A stretch of DNA of 64,000 nucleotides. It comes from Oceanococcus sp. HetDA_MAG_MS8 (GTDB lineage Bacteria; Pseudomonadota; Gammaproteobacteria; Nevskiales; Oceanococcaceae). Each line of letters starts with the position of its first letter. Within the stretch, counting starts at the first letter, position 1. The stretch is taken from contig JAHCMK010000006.1 in assembly GCA_019192445.1 (NCBI GenBank), positions 91,246 to 155,245 on the forward strand, read 5' to 3'. Below the pieces are notes generated by a model. The model had not been told where the DNA came from. It saw only the letters and a list, made by a program, of their open reading frames with translations, and did no database searches. A program made the position numbers and the translations under genes. Shown here piece by piece: positions 8,887-17,617 of the stretch.

Positions 8887-9962
8887 GTGACGGCCTACGC
8901 ATCTGTGATCTCAGCCTGCAGCTCGGTGATCAGTCCATTTTGCAGCCGCTCAACCTGGAGCTGCAGCGCGGGGCCTTCGGCGTGCTGATCGGCCCCTCGG
9001 GCAGCGGCAAATCGTCCTTGCTGCGTTGCATCGCTGGGCTGCAAAAGGGACATGGCGGCAGTATTTGGATTGACGACTCCGAGGTCAGTCAGCTCGATCC
9101 GGCCCAGCGCCAGCTCGCGATGGTGTTCCAGGATCATGCGCTATTCCCTCACCTGAGCGTGCTCGACAACCTGAGTTTCGGGTTGCGCGCTCGTGGCTGC
9201 GCTCGCACCGAGGCCATACGGCAGGCCCAGGCTGTTGCCGAGCGATTAGGCCTTTTGCACTGCCTGCAACGTCGGCCTAAGGGCTTATCCGGAGGCGAGC
9301 AACAACGCGTTGCCCTCGGCCGAGCGATGCTGCGCCAGGCCCGCTTGGTGCTCATGGACGAACCTCTATCCAGCTTGGACGCCCCCTTAAGAGCCCGGAT
9401 GCGACAGGAGATTGCCGAGCTGCACCGTGAGCAAGGATGGACCACCCTTTATGTCACGCATGACCAGGTCGAGGCCATGACCATGGCCGACCAGCTAGGC
9501 TTACTCGATCAAGGCCAGCTGCTGCAATGGGGGCCTCCACAAGAGCTTTATCACCGGCCCAGCTCTTTGGCAGCCGCTCGCTTTTTGGGCCAGCCCCCCA
9601 TGCAGCAGCTTCCGCTGCATTGGGAGAAAGAGCAGGCTTGGCTTGGGGATGCCCCCATTACTCCACCTGCGGCGATCCCGGCCGGATCCTTGGCCGCTGT
9701 GCGCCCAGAAGATGCCCGGGTAACACCTGCAGACCCGCCAGAGGCCGGCGGCGACTCCCACATGATTCGGGCCACGGCCATGTTGCTACGCCGTGATCAC
9801 CTGGGCGACCGCCAATGGCTGCAATTACAGCTTGCTGATCAGCAAATCACGGTCAGCGCCGCAGCGCACACCCAATTTTCTCCGCGGCAGCCCGTGCACT
9901 TGCACATTCCTCGCAGCAAGCTGTGCTGGTTCGATGCACACACCGGCCACACCCTGTGCTGA
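8883..9962 (+). CDS. ABC transporter ATP-binding protein (MalK/UgpC-like with C-terminal regulatory domain)
   Basis: Walker A GPSGSGKSS, Q-loop, signature LSGGEQQRVALGRA, Walker B LVLMDEPLS and H-loop YVTHD. An extra C-terminal domain of about 120 aa. Confidence 0.9.
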   Translation: MSDGLRICDLSLQLGDQSILQPLNLELQRGAFGVLIGPSGSGKSSLLRCIAGLQKGHGGSIWIDDSEVSQLDPAQRQLAMVFQDHALFPHLSVLDNLSFGLRARGCARTEAIRQAQAVAERLGLLHCLQRRPKGLSGGEQQRVALGRAMLRQARLVLMDEPLSSLDAPLRARMRQEIAELHREQGWTTLYVTHDQVEAMTMADQLGLLDQGQLLQWGPPQELYHRPSSLAAARFLGQPPMQQLPLHWEKEQAWLGDAPITPPAAIPAGSLAAVRPEDARVTPADPPEAGGDSHMIRATAMLLRRDHLGDRQWLQLQLADQQITVSAAAHTQFSPRQPVHLHIPRSKLCWFDAHTGHTLC

Positions 9963-10813
9963 GCCGCGGCCTCATACTGCTGGCGCTACCGGTGCTGCTG
10001 GGCACATTGCTACTCACCGGTTTGCCTTTGCTGGCCACCATCGGCCTGAGCCTGTTCAGGGTCGACGCTCTACAGCCCGCCCAGTACGTGGGTTTGGAGC
10101 ACTTTCGTGCGCTACTGCACGACCCTCTATTTCTCCAAGCACTGCGCAACTCGGCCCTACTACTCATGATGGCTCTGCCCTTACGCCTGGGGTTATCGCT
10201 GCTGCTCAGCCTATTACTCGCTGGCTCAAGCCGGCTCAGTCATATCGGTCTAGGTTTGAGCTTGGCGCCATTGGTGCTGCCGACCTTGGTCTGGTCTATC
10301 GCTTGGCTATGGTTGCTCAACCCCTATGCCGGCCCAGCCGCCAGCCTGCTAGAGGCCTTTCATCCGCAGGGAGCAGACTGGATACTCAGCCCCCATGGTG
10401 CACGCACGGCGATTGTGCTGGTGATCAGCCTCATCGTTGGTGAGATGGTATTGGTGCTGCGCGCCGTCCGTCGCATGATCCCCGCGCACTATTATCAAAC
10501 AGCAGCGGTTGAGGGCGCCTCGACCTGGTTTGCATTTCGTCACATCACCTGGCCGCAGTTGCGGCCGATCATCGCTTTACTCAGCCTTCGTGACCTCAGC
10601 CTGAGCCTGCAATGGACCCTCGTTCCTGCCTTGATTGTGACAAAAACCGGCCCCCTGCACGCCACCTTGTACTTGCCCTATTACGGCTACCAAAACGCCT
10701 TCGAATACCTGCGTTTCGGTTACGCGGCGGCCATCGCCTTACCTATGGTTCTTCTGGTTATTGCCGCGCTGGCACTCCAGGGCTGGTTGCTGTGGCGCTG
10801 GCGCCAACACTAG
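9923..10813 (+). CDS. ABC transporter permease (CUT1/UgpA-MalF-like)
   Basis: EAA loop YQTAAVEGASTWFAFRHITWPQLRP and 6 hydrophobic segments. The start is GTG at 9923 or, more likely, GTG at 9956, which overlaps the ATPase TGA at 9960-9962. Confidence 0.75.
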   Translation: MLVRCTHRPHPVLSRGLILLALPVLLGTLLLTGLPLLATIGLSLFRVDALQPAQYVGLEHFRALLHDPLFLQALRNSALLLMMALPLRLGLSLLLSLLLAGSSRLSHIGLGLSLAPLVLPTLVWSIAWLWLLNPYAGPAASLLEAFHPQGADWILSPHGARTAIVLVISLIVGEMVLVLRAVRRMIPAHYYQTAAVEGASTWFAFRHITWPQLRPIIALLSLRDLSLSLQWTLVPALIVTKTGPLHATLYLPYYGYQNAFEYLRFGYAAAIALPMVLLVIAALALQGWLLWRWRQH

Positions 10814-10872
10814 ACAAACATGCAACCATCCCTGTGCGCCCAACTTGCTGCGCTGACGGCATGCGAGAAGCC

Positions 10873-12621
10873 TTAAGACTTGCTCAGCTCCGGCGCACCC
10901 TCTGCTGCACAATGAGGCGCTAGGCTCTGTACTGCCGTATGCGTGGATAGGTGCACGCGTCCTGCCATTCTTTGACCCAATGGTGAGGGAGCAACTTGAT
11001 CCCAGACCGGGCCCTTGACCTCGGCGAAGTGCAGCTCAACGCCCCGCTCCGCCAGCGACTCCTCCCAGTGCAGAAGAGCCTCTTCGGCACTGGCGTCAAT
11101 GGCACTGACGGCACTCATGACCAGCAGCAAGGCACGCACCGGCGGCTCTTGGACCGCTCGCGCCTGCAAGGCCTGCTCAACAAAATCTTCGACCATGGCG
11201 ATGTTGGCGAAGTAGAGATTTTCATCCACGCGGGCGATGAGCAAGCCCGGCGTGCATTCCACCTGATGCCGGTTCACATTGCGAAAGTGCTCGGTGCCTG
11301 GCACCCGCCCCATGATCGCAATATGCGGCACGCTGGTTTTGCGCAGGTACAACGCGATGGCCAATAACACGCCCAGAACCAGGCCCGCATCAATTCCAAA
11401 GATCAGCACACCCAGCATCGTGACGACCAATGTCGCACCGTCACCCCGGTCGTAGGCAAACACCGCGCGGGCCGACTTCCAGTCCACCAGCTGGGCAACA
11501 GCCACCACGATAATGGCGGCCAGCACGGCCTTCGGAAGCGTTTCAAAGACCTGCGTGAAGAAAACGGCAACCATGGCGACCAAGGCCGAGGTGATCAATG
11601 CGGCCACCTGGGTCCGCGCGCCAGCCTCGAAATTCACCACCGAACGGGAAAAGCCGCCAGCGACGGGCATAGTACCGACGACCGCGGCGCCGATATTGGC
11701 CAGCCCCAGCGCGGTGAGCTCCTGGTCGGCATCGACCTTTTGCCGGCGACGATGCCCCAGTACGCGGGCTACAGCAATGCTTTCCACGTAGCCCACCAAG
11801 GCGATCAACGCCGCTGAGGGAGCGAGTTCAATCCAGCCCGAACTCCACAGTGCGGCCCAGTCGGGTAGCGGAATACCGCGACCGATCTCCCCGACGAGCT
11901 GCAGGCCTTGTCGCTGCTCCGGCGGCAGCAGGCCGACCAGCAGCAGGGCGCCGAGGACCACGCTCAGCGGCATTGCCTTGGAAGCCAATCCTGCTGGGCC
12001 GGCGGGCACACCCAAACGTACAAGCAGCATCTGTAGTGGACGCCGTGACAACAGCAGTATCACGATGCTGACAAGCGCGAGGCCAAGGGTCAGACCGTCG
12101 CTTCCAGGCCATTGCTGGCTGATCGCCACCAAGGTGTGACCGGCTTCCGCGCGGGGGATCGACAAGCCCAATAGCAGCGGCAACTGGCTGACGATGATCA
12201 ACAGAGCCGCCCCGCTGGTAAACCCGTACAGCACCGGATGGGAAACAAAGTGCACCAAAGACCCCAGGCGAAACAACCGCATCAGCAGCAGTACCGCACC
12301 CGCTTCTGCGGCCAGAATCATGGCGCCTACGCTCCATAGCGCACGGTCATCAGCGGCGAAGTCGGCGAGCGCATGCGCCACCATCAGAGCGGCAACCGCC
12401 ACCGGCCCCACCGCCAGGCTGCGGCTGCTTCCAAACACGGCGTAGATGACTGGCGGCACAATGCTGGCGACGAGCCCAGCCTGGGCAGGTAGTCCCGCCA
12501 GATGTGCATAGGCCATGGCCTGAGGCACCAGCAAGATGGCCGTGATGACGCCGGCAACCACATCATCGCGCCGAGACCCAGCATCGGCGGCTTTGAGTGA
12601 CTCCAGGAGCGGCAACGGCAT
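10873..12621 (-). CDS. SulP-family anion permease with C-terminal STAS domain
   Basis: 582 aa. N-terminal AGVITAILLVPQAMAYAHLAGLP is the SulP signature region. Many TM segments. A C-terminal soluble domain of about 130 aa (ARVDENLYFANI...) is typical of STAS. The start lies 3 nt after the stop of the upstream dioxygenase gene. Confidence 0.85.
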   Translation of the reverse strand: MPLPLLESLKAADAGSRRDDVVAGVITAILLVPQAMAYAHLAGLPAQAGLVASIVPPVIYAVFGSSRSLAVGPVAVAALMVAHALADFAADDRALWSVGAMILAAEAGAVLLLMRLFRLGSLVHFVSHPVLYGFTSGAALLIIVSQLPLLLGLSIPRAEAGHTLVAISQQWPGSDGLTLGLALVSIVILLLSRRPLQMLLVRLGVPAGPAGLASKAMPLSVVLGALLLVGLLPPEQRQGLQLVGEIGRGIPLPDWAALWSSGWIELAPSAALIALVGYVESIAVARVLGHRRRQKVDADQELTALGLANIGAAVVGTMPVAGGFSRSVVNFEAGARTQVAALITSALVAMVAVFFTQVFETLPKAVLAAIIVVAVAQLVDWKSARAVFAYDRGDGATLVVTMLGVLIFGIDAGLVLGVLLAIALYLRKTSVPHIAIMGRVPGTEHFRNVNRHQVECTPGLLIARVDENLYFANIAMVEDFVEQALQARAVQEPPVRALLLVMSAVSAIDASAEEALLHWEESLAERGVELHFAEVKGPVWDQVAPSPLGQRMAGRVHLSTHTAVQSLAPHCAAEGAPELSKS

Positions 12622-12624
12622 AAG

Positions 12625-13317
12625 TTAGTCCGCGTGACCGCAGGCTAAATTGGCAGGTATGGCCACATCCATGAGCTTGGGGTCGGGCAGGTTGAGGTTG
12701 TTCATGATCTCCACATATTCGGCTTCGGTTTTCCCAGCCAAACGCGGGTTGTGCTGCTTTTCCTCGCGAATGCTCGAAGACGTCCAACCCTTGTAGTCAT
12801 GGGCGGGTAGCACCAGAGTGTGGTCCGGCAGAGTGAAGAGCTTATTGACGATGGAGTCCCACGATTTGTGTGGATCGCCGCCCTGAAAGTCGGTCCGGCC
12901 CGAGCCCCGGATCAGCAGCACATCGCCAGTGAATACGGCCTCATTGTTACCCAGCACAAAGCTGAAAGACTCATCGGTATGCCCCGGCGTGTACAAGGCC
13001 TTGAGGCGGACGCCGTCAATATCGAGCACATCGCCTTCACGTACATGATCCGAGACACACTCGGCCTGGGTGAACTCTCCCATGAGGGTGATGCAACCGG
13101 TTGCACTGCGTAAGTCGCCCAAGGCTGTGACATGGTCGGCATGGGTGTGAGTATCGATGGCGCGGACCAATTTCAGATCCAACTCGTCGATGAGCTGCAA
13201 GTAGCTTTGTGCATGCTCTTTGACCGGATCAATGATCAACGCTTCTCGACCATAGCCGGAGGCCAAAAGATAAGTGTAGGTCGATGAGCTGCTGTCGAAG
13301 AGCTGGCGAAAAAGCAT
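12625..13317 (-). CDS. persulfide dioxygenase (ETHE1-like metallo-beta-lactamase fold)
   Basis: 230 aa, alignable by eye along its whole length with human ETHE1: LFRQLFD..S.TYTYLL, THTHADHVT, TPGHTDES, FTGD.LLIRG.GRTDFQ.G, PAHDY.G and NLNLP.P....A.PAN..CG. Confidence 0.9.
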   Translation of the reverse strand: MLFRQLFDSSSSTYTYLLASGYGREALIIDPVKEHAQSYLQLIDELDLKLVRAIDTHTHADHVTALGDLRSATGCITLMGEFTQAECVSDHVREGDVLDIDGVRLKALYTPGHTDESFSFVLGNNEAVFTGDVLLIRGSGRTDFQGGDPHKSWDSIVNKLFTLPDHTLVLPAHDYKGWTSSSIREEKQHNPRLAGKTEAEYVEIMNNLNLPDPKLMDVAIPANLACGHAD

Positions 13318-13329
13318 AATAACTTTCCT

Positions 13330-13357
13330 GCATATATATATAACCTAAATTATATGC
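13330..13357. promoter_or_regulatory. perfect 7-bp inverted repeat overlapping a consensus -10 just upstream of the persulfide dioxygenase gene
   Basis: GCATATA (13330-13336), a 14-nt spacer, then TATATGC (13351-13357). On the coding (-) strand, TATAAT sits at 13354-13349 and the RBS AGGAAAG 5 nt before the ATG at 13317. Confidence 0.45.
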
Positions 13358-13494
13358 CCTGCAGCGCAGTCTTCAAGTCAGCAGGGCCTGAACCAAACCC
13401 TTGGGCCTGACCGCACAAAGCCACAACTCGCTCAGGAGCGCACCCAAGCCTCCCGCCACTCACGGGAGATGGGATCAAAGCTGAGCTGACGCGG

Positions 13495-15534
13495 TTAAAG
13501 TGCGCCGAGAGCCTTCATGACGATGCCCGGCGTCAGGATTTGCGGCAAGACCTGAACTTGCCCCTGGCGGTCATACAGCAAGTAAAGCGGGACACCGTTG
13601 CGGTCGAAGGCGGCCAAACCAGCGGTAATGGCCGGGTCTTGACGGGTCCAGTCGGCCTTGAGTAACACAACGCCCTGCTCGGCAAAGGCGGCTTGGACGG
13701 CATCATCGGCCAAAGCCGTGCGCTCATTGACCAGGCAGGAAATGCACCAGTCCGCAGTAAAGTCCACAAAAATGGGCTGGCCCTGTTCCTGCAACTGCGC
13801 GACTCGCTCTGGCGACCAAGTCTGCCAGCTACCATCTAGTCGCTGTTCGGCAGGAGGCAAGGCCAAAGGCGCCGCCAGCAGCACTAGGGCCATCAACCAG
13901 CCACTGCGCCGTGCAGCCGCGGAGGATAGCCAAAACTCGCCGTTGATCATTCGACTTACCGCCGCCAAGACGGCCAAGCTCGTCAATGCCGCAAGCAACG
14001 CGACAATGCCCGCCTGTCCGGCAACCACCCAAAACAGCCACAAAGCCGTTGCAAATAATGGCAAGGCCAACACATGTTTGACCTTATCCATCCAAGGACC
14101 AGGCTTGGGCAAGCGGCGGGCTAAAACGGGCACGATGGCCAAGAGCAGGATAGGCGCCGCCAAGCCTAAGCCCAAGCTCGCGAAGATGGCCATAGCAACG
14201 ACGGCTGGTTGTGTAACGGCATAACCTAAGGCCGCGCCCATAAATGGGGCCGTACAGGGGCTGGCCACCACCACGGCCAGCACACCCGTAAAAAAGGCTT
14301 GGCGCGGGCCGTGGCCTTCGGTCAGGCTTTGGCCCAGGCCCATCCAACGACTCCCCAGTTGGGTCCATCCCAGCATCGCTAGCCCCAGGTAGCCCATCAG
14401 CACACCCAGGCCCGCGACCACCGCGGGATTTTGCAGCTGAAAGCCCCATCCCAGCGCTGCGCCACTGGCGCGCAGCGCTAGTAATAAACCGGCTAGCAAC
14501 AAGAAGCTCAGCAGCACACCCAGGGTGTAGATCAGCGCCTCACGCCGCTTCTGACTGAGATTCTCTCCACGCGCCAGGCCCATGGCTTTGAGCGCCAGTA
14601 CCGGAAATACGCAGGGCATGAGATTCAGCAGCACCCCGCCACCGAAAGCCAGCAGCAACGCCATGCCCACACCGAGACTCACCCCGGGAAGCTGCGCCGA
14701 GGAAGTGACCGGCGCCACCTCGCCCGGCACAAACTCCACCCAGCGGGCGCCGTTGCGCTCTAGCAGAAGCGCGCTCAAGCGAGTCGGTAGGACTGTGGAG
14801 GCCGGGTCCAATACTGGCCAGGTCAAACGCCAAGGGGCCTGCTGAGACCACCCTGGCCCGGCGGCGTGATTCAGCAGGTATTGCTGTGCCGGCAGTAGTT
14901 CTCCAGGTCGGGCCGACACCGACTGGGGCAGTTGCAAGCGCAGGCGCCCGTCAACAATTTGCATACGCCCCTGTTGCGCTATTTTTTCCTGCGGCAGCGC
15001 TTTTTGTGCCGCAGCAAAAACATCGGCATTCAGTTGGGGGCCTGGCGAACCAAGTCGGATGGCCTGCTCTAGCTCGGCCCAGCCAGGGATGCAGATGTCC
15101 TTACACACCAACCAATCCGCACGCGCTTCCAGCCTGAGCTCGGTGCCTGCTGGCGCCGTCGGCAAAGTGATGTCGTAGAGCAAAGTGTGGCTATGACCAT
15201 AGCCATAGGTCAGCAGCTCGCCCTCCGGCAGTGGTTCCGGCACCGGCCAGCGCGGACCAGCGACCTGCATCCCCTCAATGCCTGAAAACGCGACCTGGGT
15301 CGCGCGCCCCGCATCTCCAGGGTTTTGCCAATAGGTATGCCAGCCTTTATCGGGAGTGAGCCGAACGGCGACAGAGATCGTGCTACCTGGCTCCACCTGT
15401 TCAGCAGGCAGAAATAGCTCAGCGAGCACAGGCTCTGGCCCCTGACCAAACTGGGCCTGCGCAAGCGGCACTAGCAACAGCAAAGCCAGCGTGGCCAACA
15501 CGCGATAAAGCAGAGTGAGCATGCAGAATTTCAT
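13495..15534 (-). CDS. dsbD: DsbD-family thiol:disulfide interchange (reductant-transfer) membrane protein
   Basis: Three-part architecture. N-terminal periplasmic domain carries DWLVCKDICIP. The TM core carries the two conserved Cys motifs, MPCVFPVL and ASPCTAPF. The C-terminal thioredoxin domain carries FTADWCISCL. ATG at 15534 shares its A with the TGA of the upstream GT9 gene (TGATG). Confidence 0.8.
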   Translation of the reverse strand: MKFCMLTLLYRVLATLALLLLVPLAQAQFGQGPEPVLAELFLPAEQVEPGSTISVAVRLTPDKGWHTYWQNPGDAGRATQVAFSGIEGMQVAGPRWPVPEPLPEGELLTYGYGHSHTLLYDITLPTAPAGTELRLEARADWLVCKDICIPGWAELEQAIRLGSPGPQLNADVFAAAQKALPQEKIAQQGRMQIVDGRLRLQLPQSVSARPGELLPAQQYLLNHAAGPGWSQQAPWRLTWPVLDPASTVLPTRLSALLLERNGARWVEFVPGEVAPVTSSAQLPGVSLGVGMALLLAFGGGVLLNLMPCVFPVLALKAMGLARGENLSQKRREALIYTLGVLLSFLLLAGLLLALRASGAALGWGFQLQNPAVVAGLGVLMGYLGLAMLGWTQLGSRWMGLGQSLTEGHGPRQAFFTGVLAVVVASPCTAPFMGAALGYAVTQPAVVAMAIFASLGLGLAAPILLLAIVPVLARRLPKPGPWMDKVKHVLALPLFATALWLFWVVAGQAGIVALLAALTSLAVLAAVSRMINGEFWLSSAAARRSGWLMALVLLAAPLALPPAEQRLDGSWQTWSPERVAQLQEQGQPIFVDFTADWCISCLVNERTALADDAVQAAFAEQGVVLLKADWTRQDPAITAGLAAFDRNGVPLYLLYDRQGQVQVLPQILTPGIVMKALGAL

Positions 15535-16574
15535 CAATGTTGAAGAATGGCGTCGGCCGCCGCACAGACGACTTGAGGGTGGAGTAACTCCATCACACCG
15601 GGCTCTTCGATTTTGCTGCCCCAGCGAAGTTCCGTAGCCGCTTTGCTGCGGAATTGCTGTGCAGCCTGGGCAAAAGCATTAGCGCAGTGGTCACGCCAAT
15701 GGTAAGGGCCACTGCGGGCCGGATCCGTTGCCGCATACAGACCGAGCACAGGGATATCAGCCACCGTTCCCATATGAGCAGGTCCAGAATCCGGAGTAAT
15801 CAACAAACGTGCCTGGCGGAGCAGCGCTAGAAATTGCGGCAAGGTGTCCTGCCCCACCAAGTTAGTCACCCCTGCGTCCAACTCCGCAGCAATGGCCGCA
15901 GCCGTCCTACGCTCCAGCTCTGTAGGCCCTCCGCACAGCACAATATGCAGACCCCAGCGGCGCTGCAGATGCTGCGCTAAGGCGATGTAGCCAGCCACCG
16001 TCCAGTTTCGCAGGCGATGACTAGAGCAAGGGCTAATCACCGCAAAAGGCTGGGACGGTGCATGCTGCTGCGCCCACTGCTCGTCGGCAGCCTGACTCGG
16101 CAAGCTCCAGTCCCATACCGGCGCGGCGCCCAAACTGGTCGCGAACTGCATCAAGGTCTGCGCAACATGCCCGCGCGGATGCGCCGGAATCCGCCGGTTA
16201 ATAAACAAACTGTGGCCTTCCTTGGAGCGCATGGCGTCATAACCCAGGCGCACAGAGGCGCGCACCTTGCGGCTGAGCCAATTCGCGCGTAAAGACAGCT
16301 GCATCAACATCAGCACATCAAACTGCCGCCCACGGAGCGCCTCGCTGAGGGCTTGGCGCCCAGCCCGACCGGCCTTCTTATCGAACACGAGGAACTCCAC
16401 GCCCGGTAACAGGCGCAGCAATTTGTGTTCAAAGCGGCCGATGATCCAGGTGATATGGGCCTGTGGCCACTGCGCTTGCAGGCTTTTCACCACCGGGATG
16501 ATGTGGGTAGTATCTCCCAAGGCCGAGAGGCGGAGAATACAAATGGAGTTGGGAGCAGAGTTCAGAGCGGTCAT
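15534..16574 (-). CDS. glycosyltransferase family 9 (LPS heptosyltransferase-like)
   Basis: 346 aa. ICILRLSALGDTTHIIPVVKSL..HITWII is the GT9 N-terminal signature. PDSGPAHMGTVADIPVLGLY is the GT9 C-terminal motif. Confidence 0.75.
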   Translation of the reverse strand: MTALNSAPNSICILRLSALGDTTHIIPVVKSLQAQWPQAHITWIIGRFEHKLLRLLPGVEFLVFDKKAGRAGRQALSEALRGRQFDVLMLMQLSLRANWLSRKVRASVRLGYDAMRSKEGHSLFINRRIPAHPRGHVAQTLMQFATSLGAAPVWDWSLPSQAADEQWAQQHAPSQPFAVISPCSSHRLRNWTVAGYIALAQHLQRRWGLHIVLCGGPTELERRTAAAIAAELDAGVTNLVGQDTLPQFLALLRQARLLITPDSGPAHMGTVADIPVLGLYAATDPARSGPYHWRDHCANAFAQAAQQFRSKAATELRWGSKIEEPGVMELLHPQVVCAAADAILQH

Positions 16575-16704
16575 CGCTGAAGTATGACGGAACTGGGCGA
16601 GGCTCCATGCTCAGACTGCATGTTTATTCTATTTAGTTATAGAACCTGGAAAGACATAGACACAATCCATATAGTACAGCCTCGTTTCTATTTGGCATGC
16701 GCTT

Positions 16705-17430
16705 ATGTCCGCCTCCGCAGCCGCCGACACGACTTCCGGCGACGATACGCTGGTCAACAGTGCCGGCATCACTCCGAGCCAGCTCGCCGAGCTCAATGCG
16801 GAATTTGCGCCCTGCCACTTCGAAGAGCGGATTCGGAAGCTATACGACTACTTTGACGAATCTAGAACGCTGATCACCTCCAGCTTCGCGGCAACTTCGG
16901 CCTACTTTCTGCACATCATCCACCGCATTCGTCCCACCCAAAAGATCGCTTTTATTGATACCGGGTACCACTTCCAGCAAACCCTGGAGTACAAGGAGTA
17001 CCTGAGCCAGCTGTACGGATTAGAGGTGTTCGCACTGAAAGCCGAGGACTGGAAGCATCAGTTCACTCAGGACGACAAAACCTGGGAAAAGAACCCCGAC
17101 TTTTGCTGCAGCATCAACAAAGTCGAGCCTCTGGAAGCAGTCAAGCCCAACTACCATGTCTGGGTGTCCAGCCTGATGCGCTGGCAGACTGACCACCGGG
17201 CGGATATGGATATTTTTGAGATTCGTCGCGGAATCCTCAAATTCAATCCCATGATTGATGTCACTCGCGAGGAACGTGATGCTTACATTCGCGAGCATGA
17301 CCTTCCCTTTCACCCACTGGTGGAACAGGGCTATCAATCCATTGGCTGCACCCATTGCACGCTCAAAGGCGATGACCGTAGTGGACGCTGGGCCGGCAAA
17401 CCCAAAACCGAGTGCGGACTCCACCTTTAA
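16705..17430 (+). CDS. cysH: assimilatory adenylyl-sulfate (APS)/PAPS reductase, Fe-S cluster type
   Basis: 241 aa. PAPS_reduct fold (IAFIDTGYHF). C-terminal catalytic KTECGLH. It also carries the CC...CxxC cysteines (DFCCSINK, IGCTHCT) that mark the [4Fe-4S] APS-reductase subclass. Confidence 0.85.
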   Translation: MSASAAADTTSGDDTLVNSAGITPSQLAELNAEFAPCHFEERIRKLYDYFDESRTLITSSFAATSAYFLHIIHRIRPTQKIAFIDTGYHFQQTLEYKEYLSQLYGLEVFALKAEDWKHQFTQDDKTWEKNPDFCCSINKVEPLEAVKPNYHVWVSSLMRWQTDHRADMDIFEIRRGILKFNPMIDVTREERDAYIREHDLPFHPLVEQGYQSIGCTHCTLKGDDRSGRWAGKPKTECGLHL

Positions 17431-17617
17431 GTCACCAGGTCCGGACACCGCCCTCAGCAAAGCGGAGCTCGCAACCAACTCTCTTAGTCATGGTTTGAAG
17501 TCGGCATGGCCGTTGCTTGCCCTTAGCCAGCGCTGAGTCTTAGATCGTGGACACGCCCCTTGGCGACACACGCTGCTAGCGTAGAATCCGACTTATAGAC
17601 CGACTGCGGAGAAGACC

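Noticed and set aside
9793-10443. 216-aa plus-strand ORF overlapping the ABC ATPase and permease genes
   Set aside because: It is an out-of-frame overlap with two well-supported genes and has a low-complexity Ala/Arg/Pro composition.
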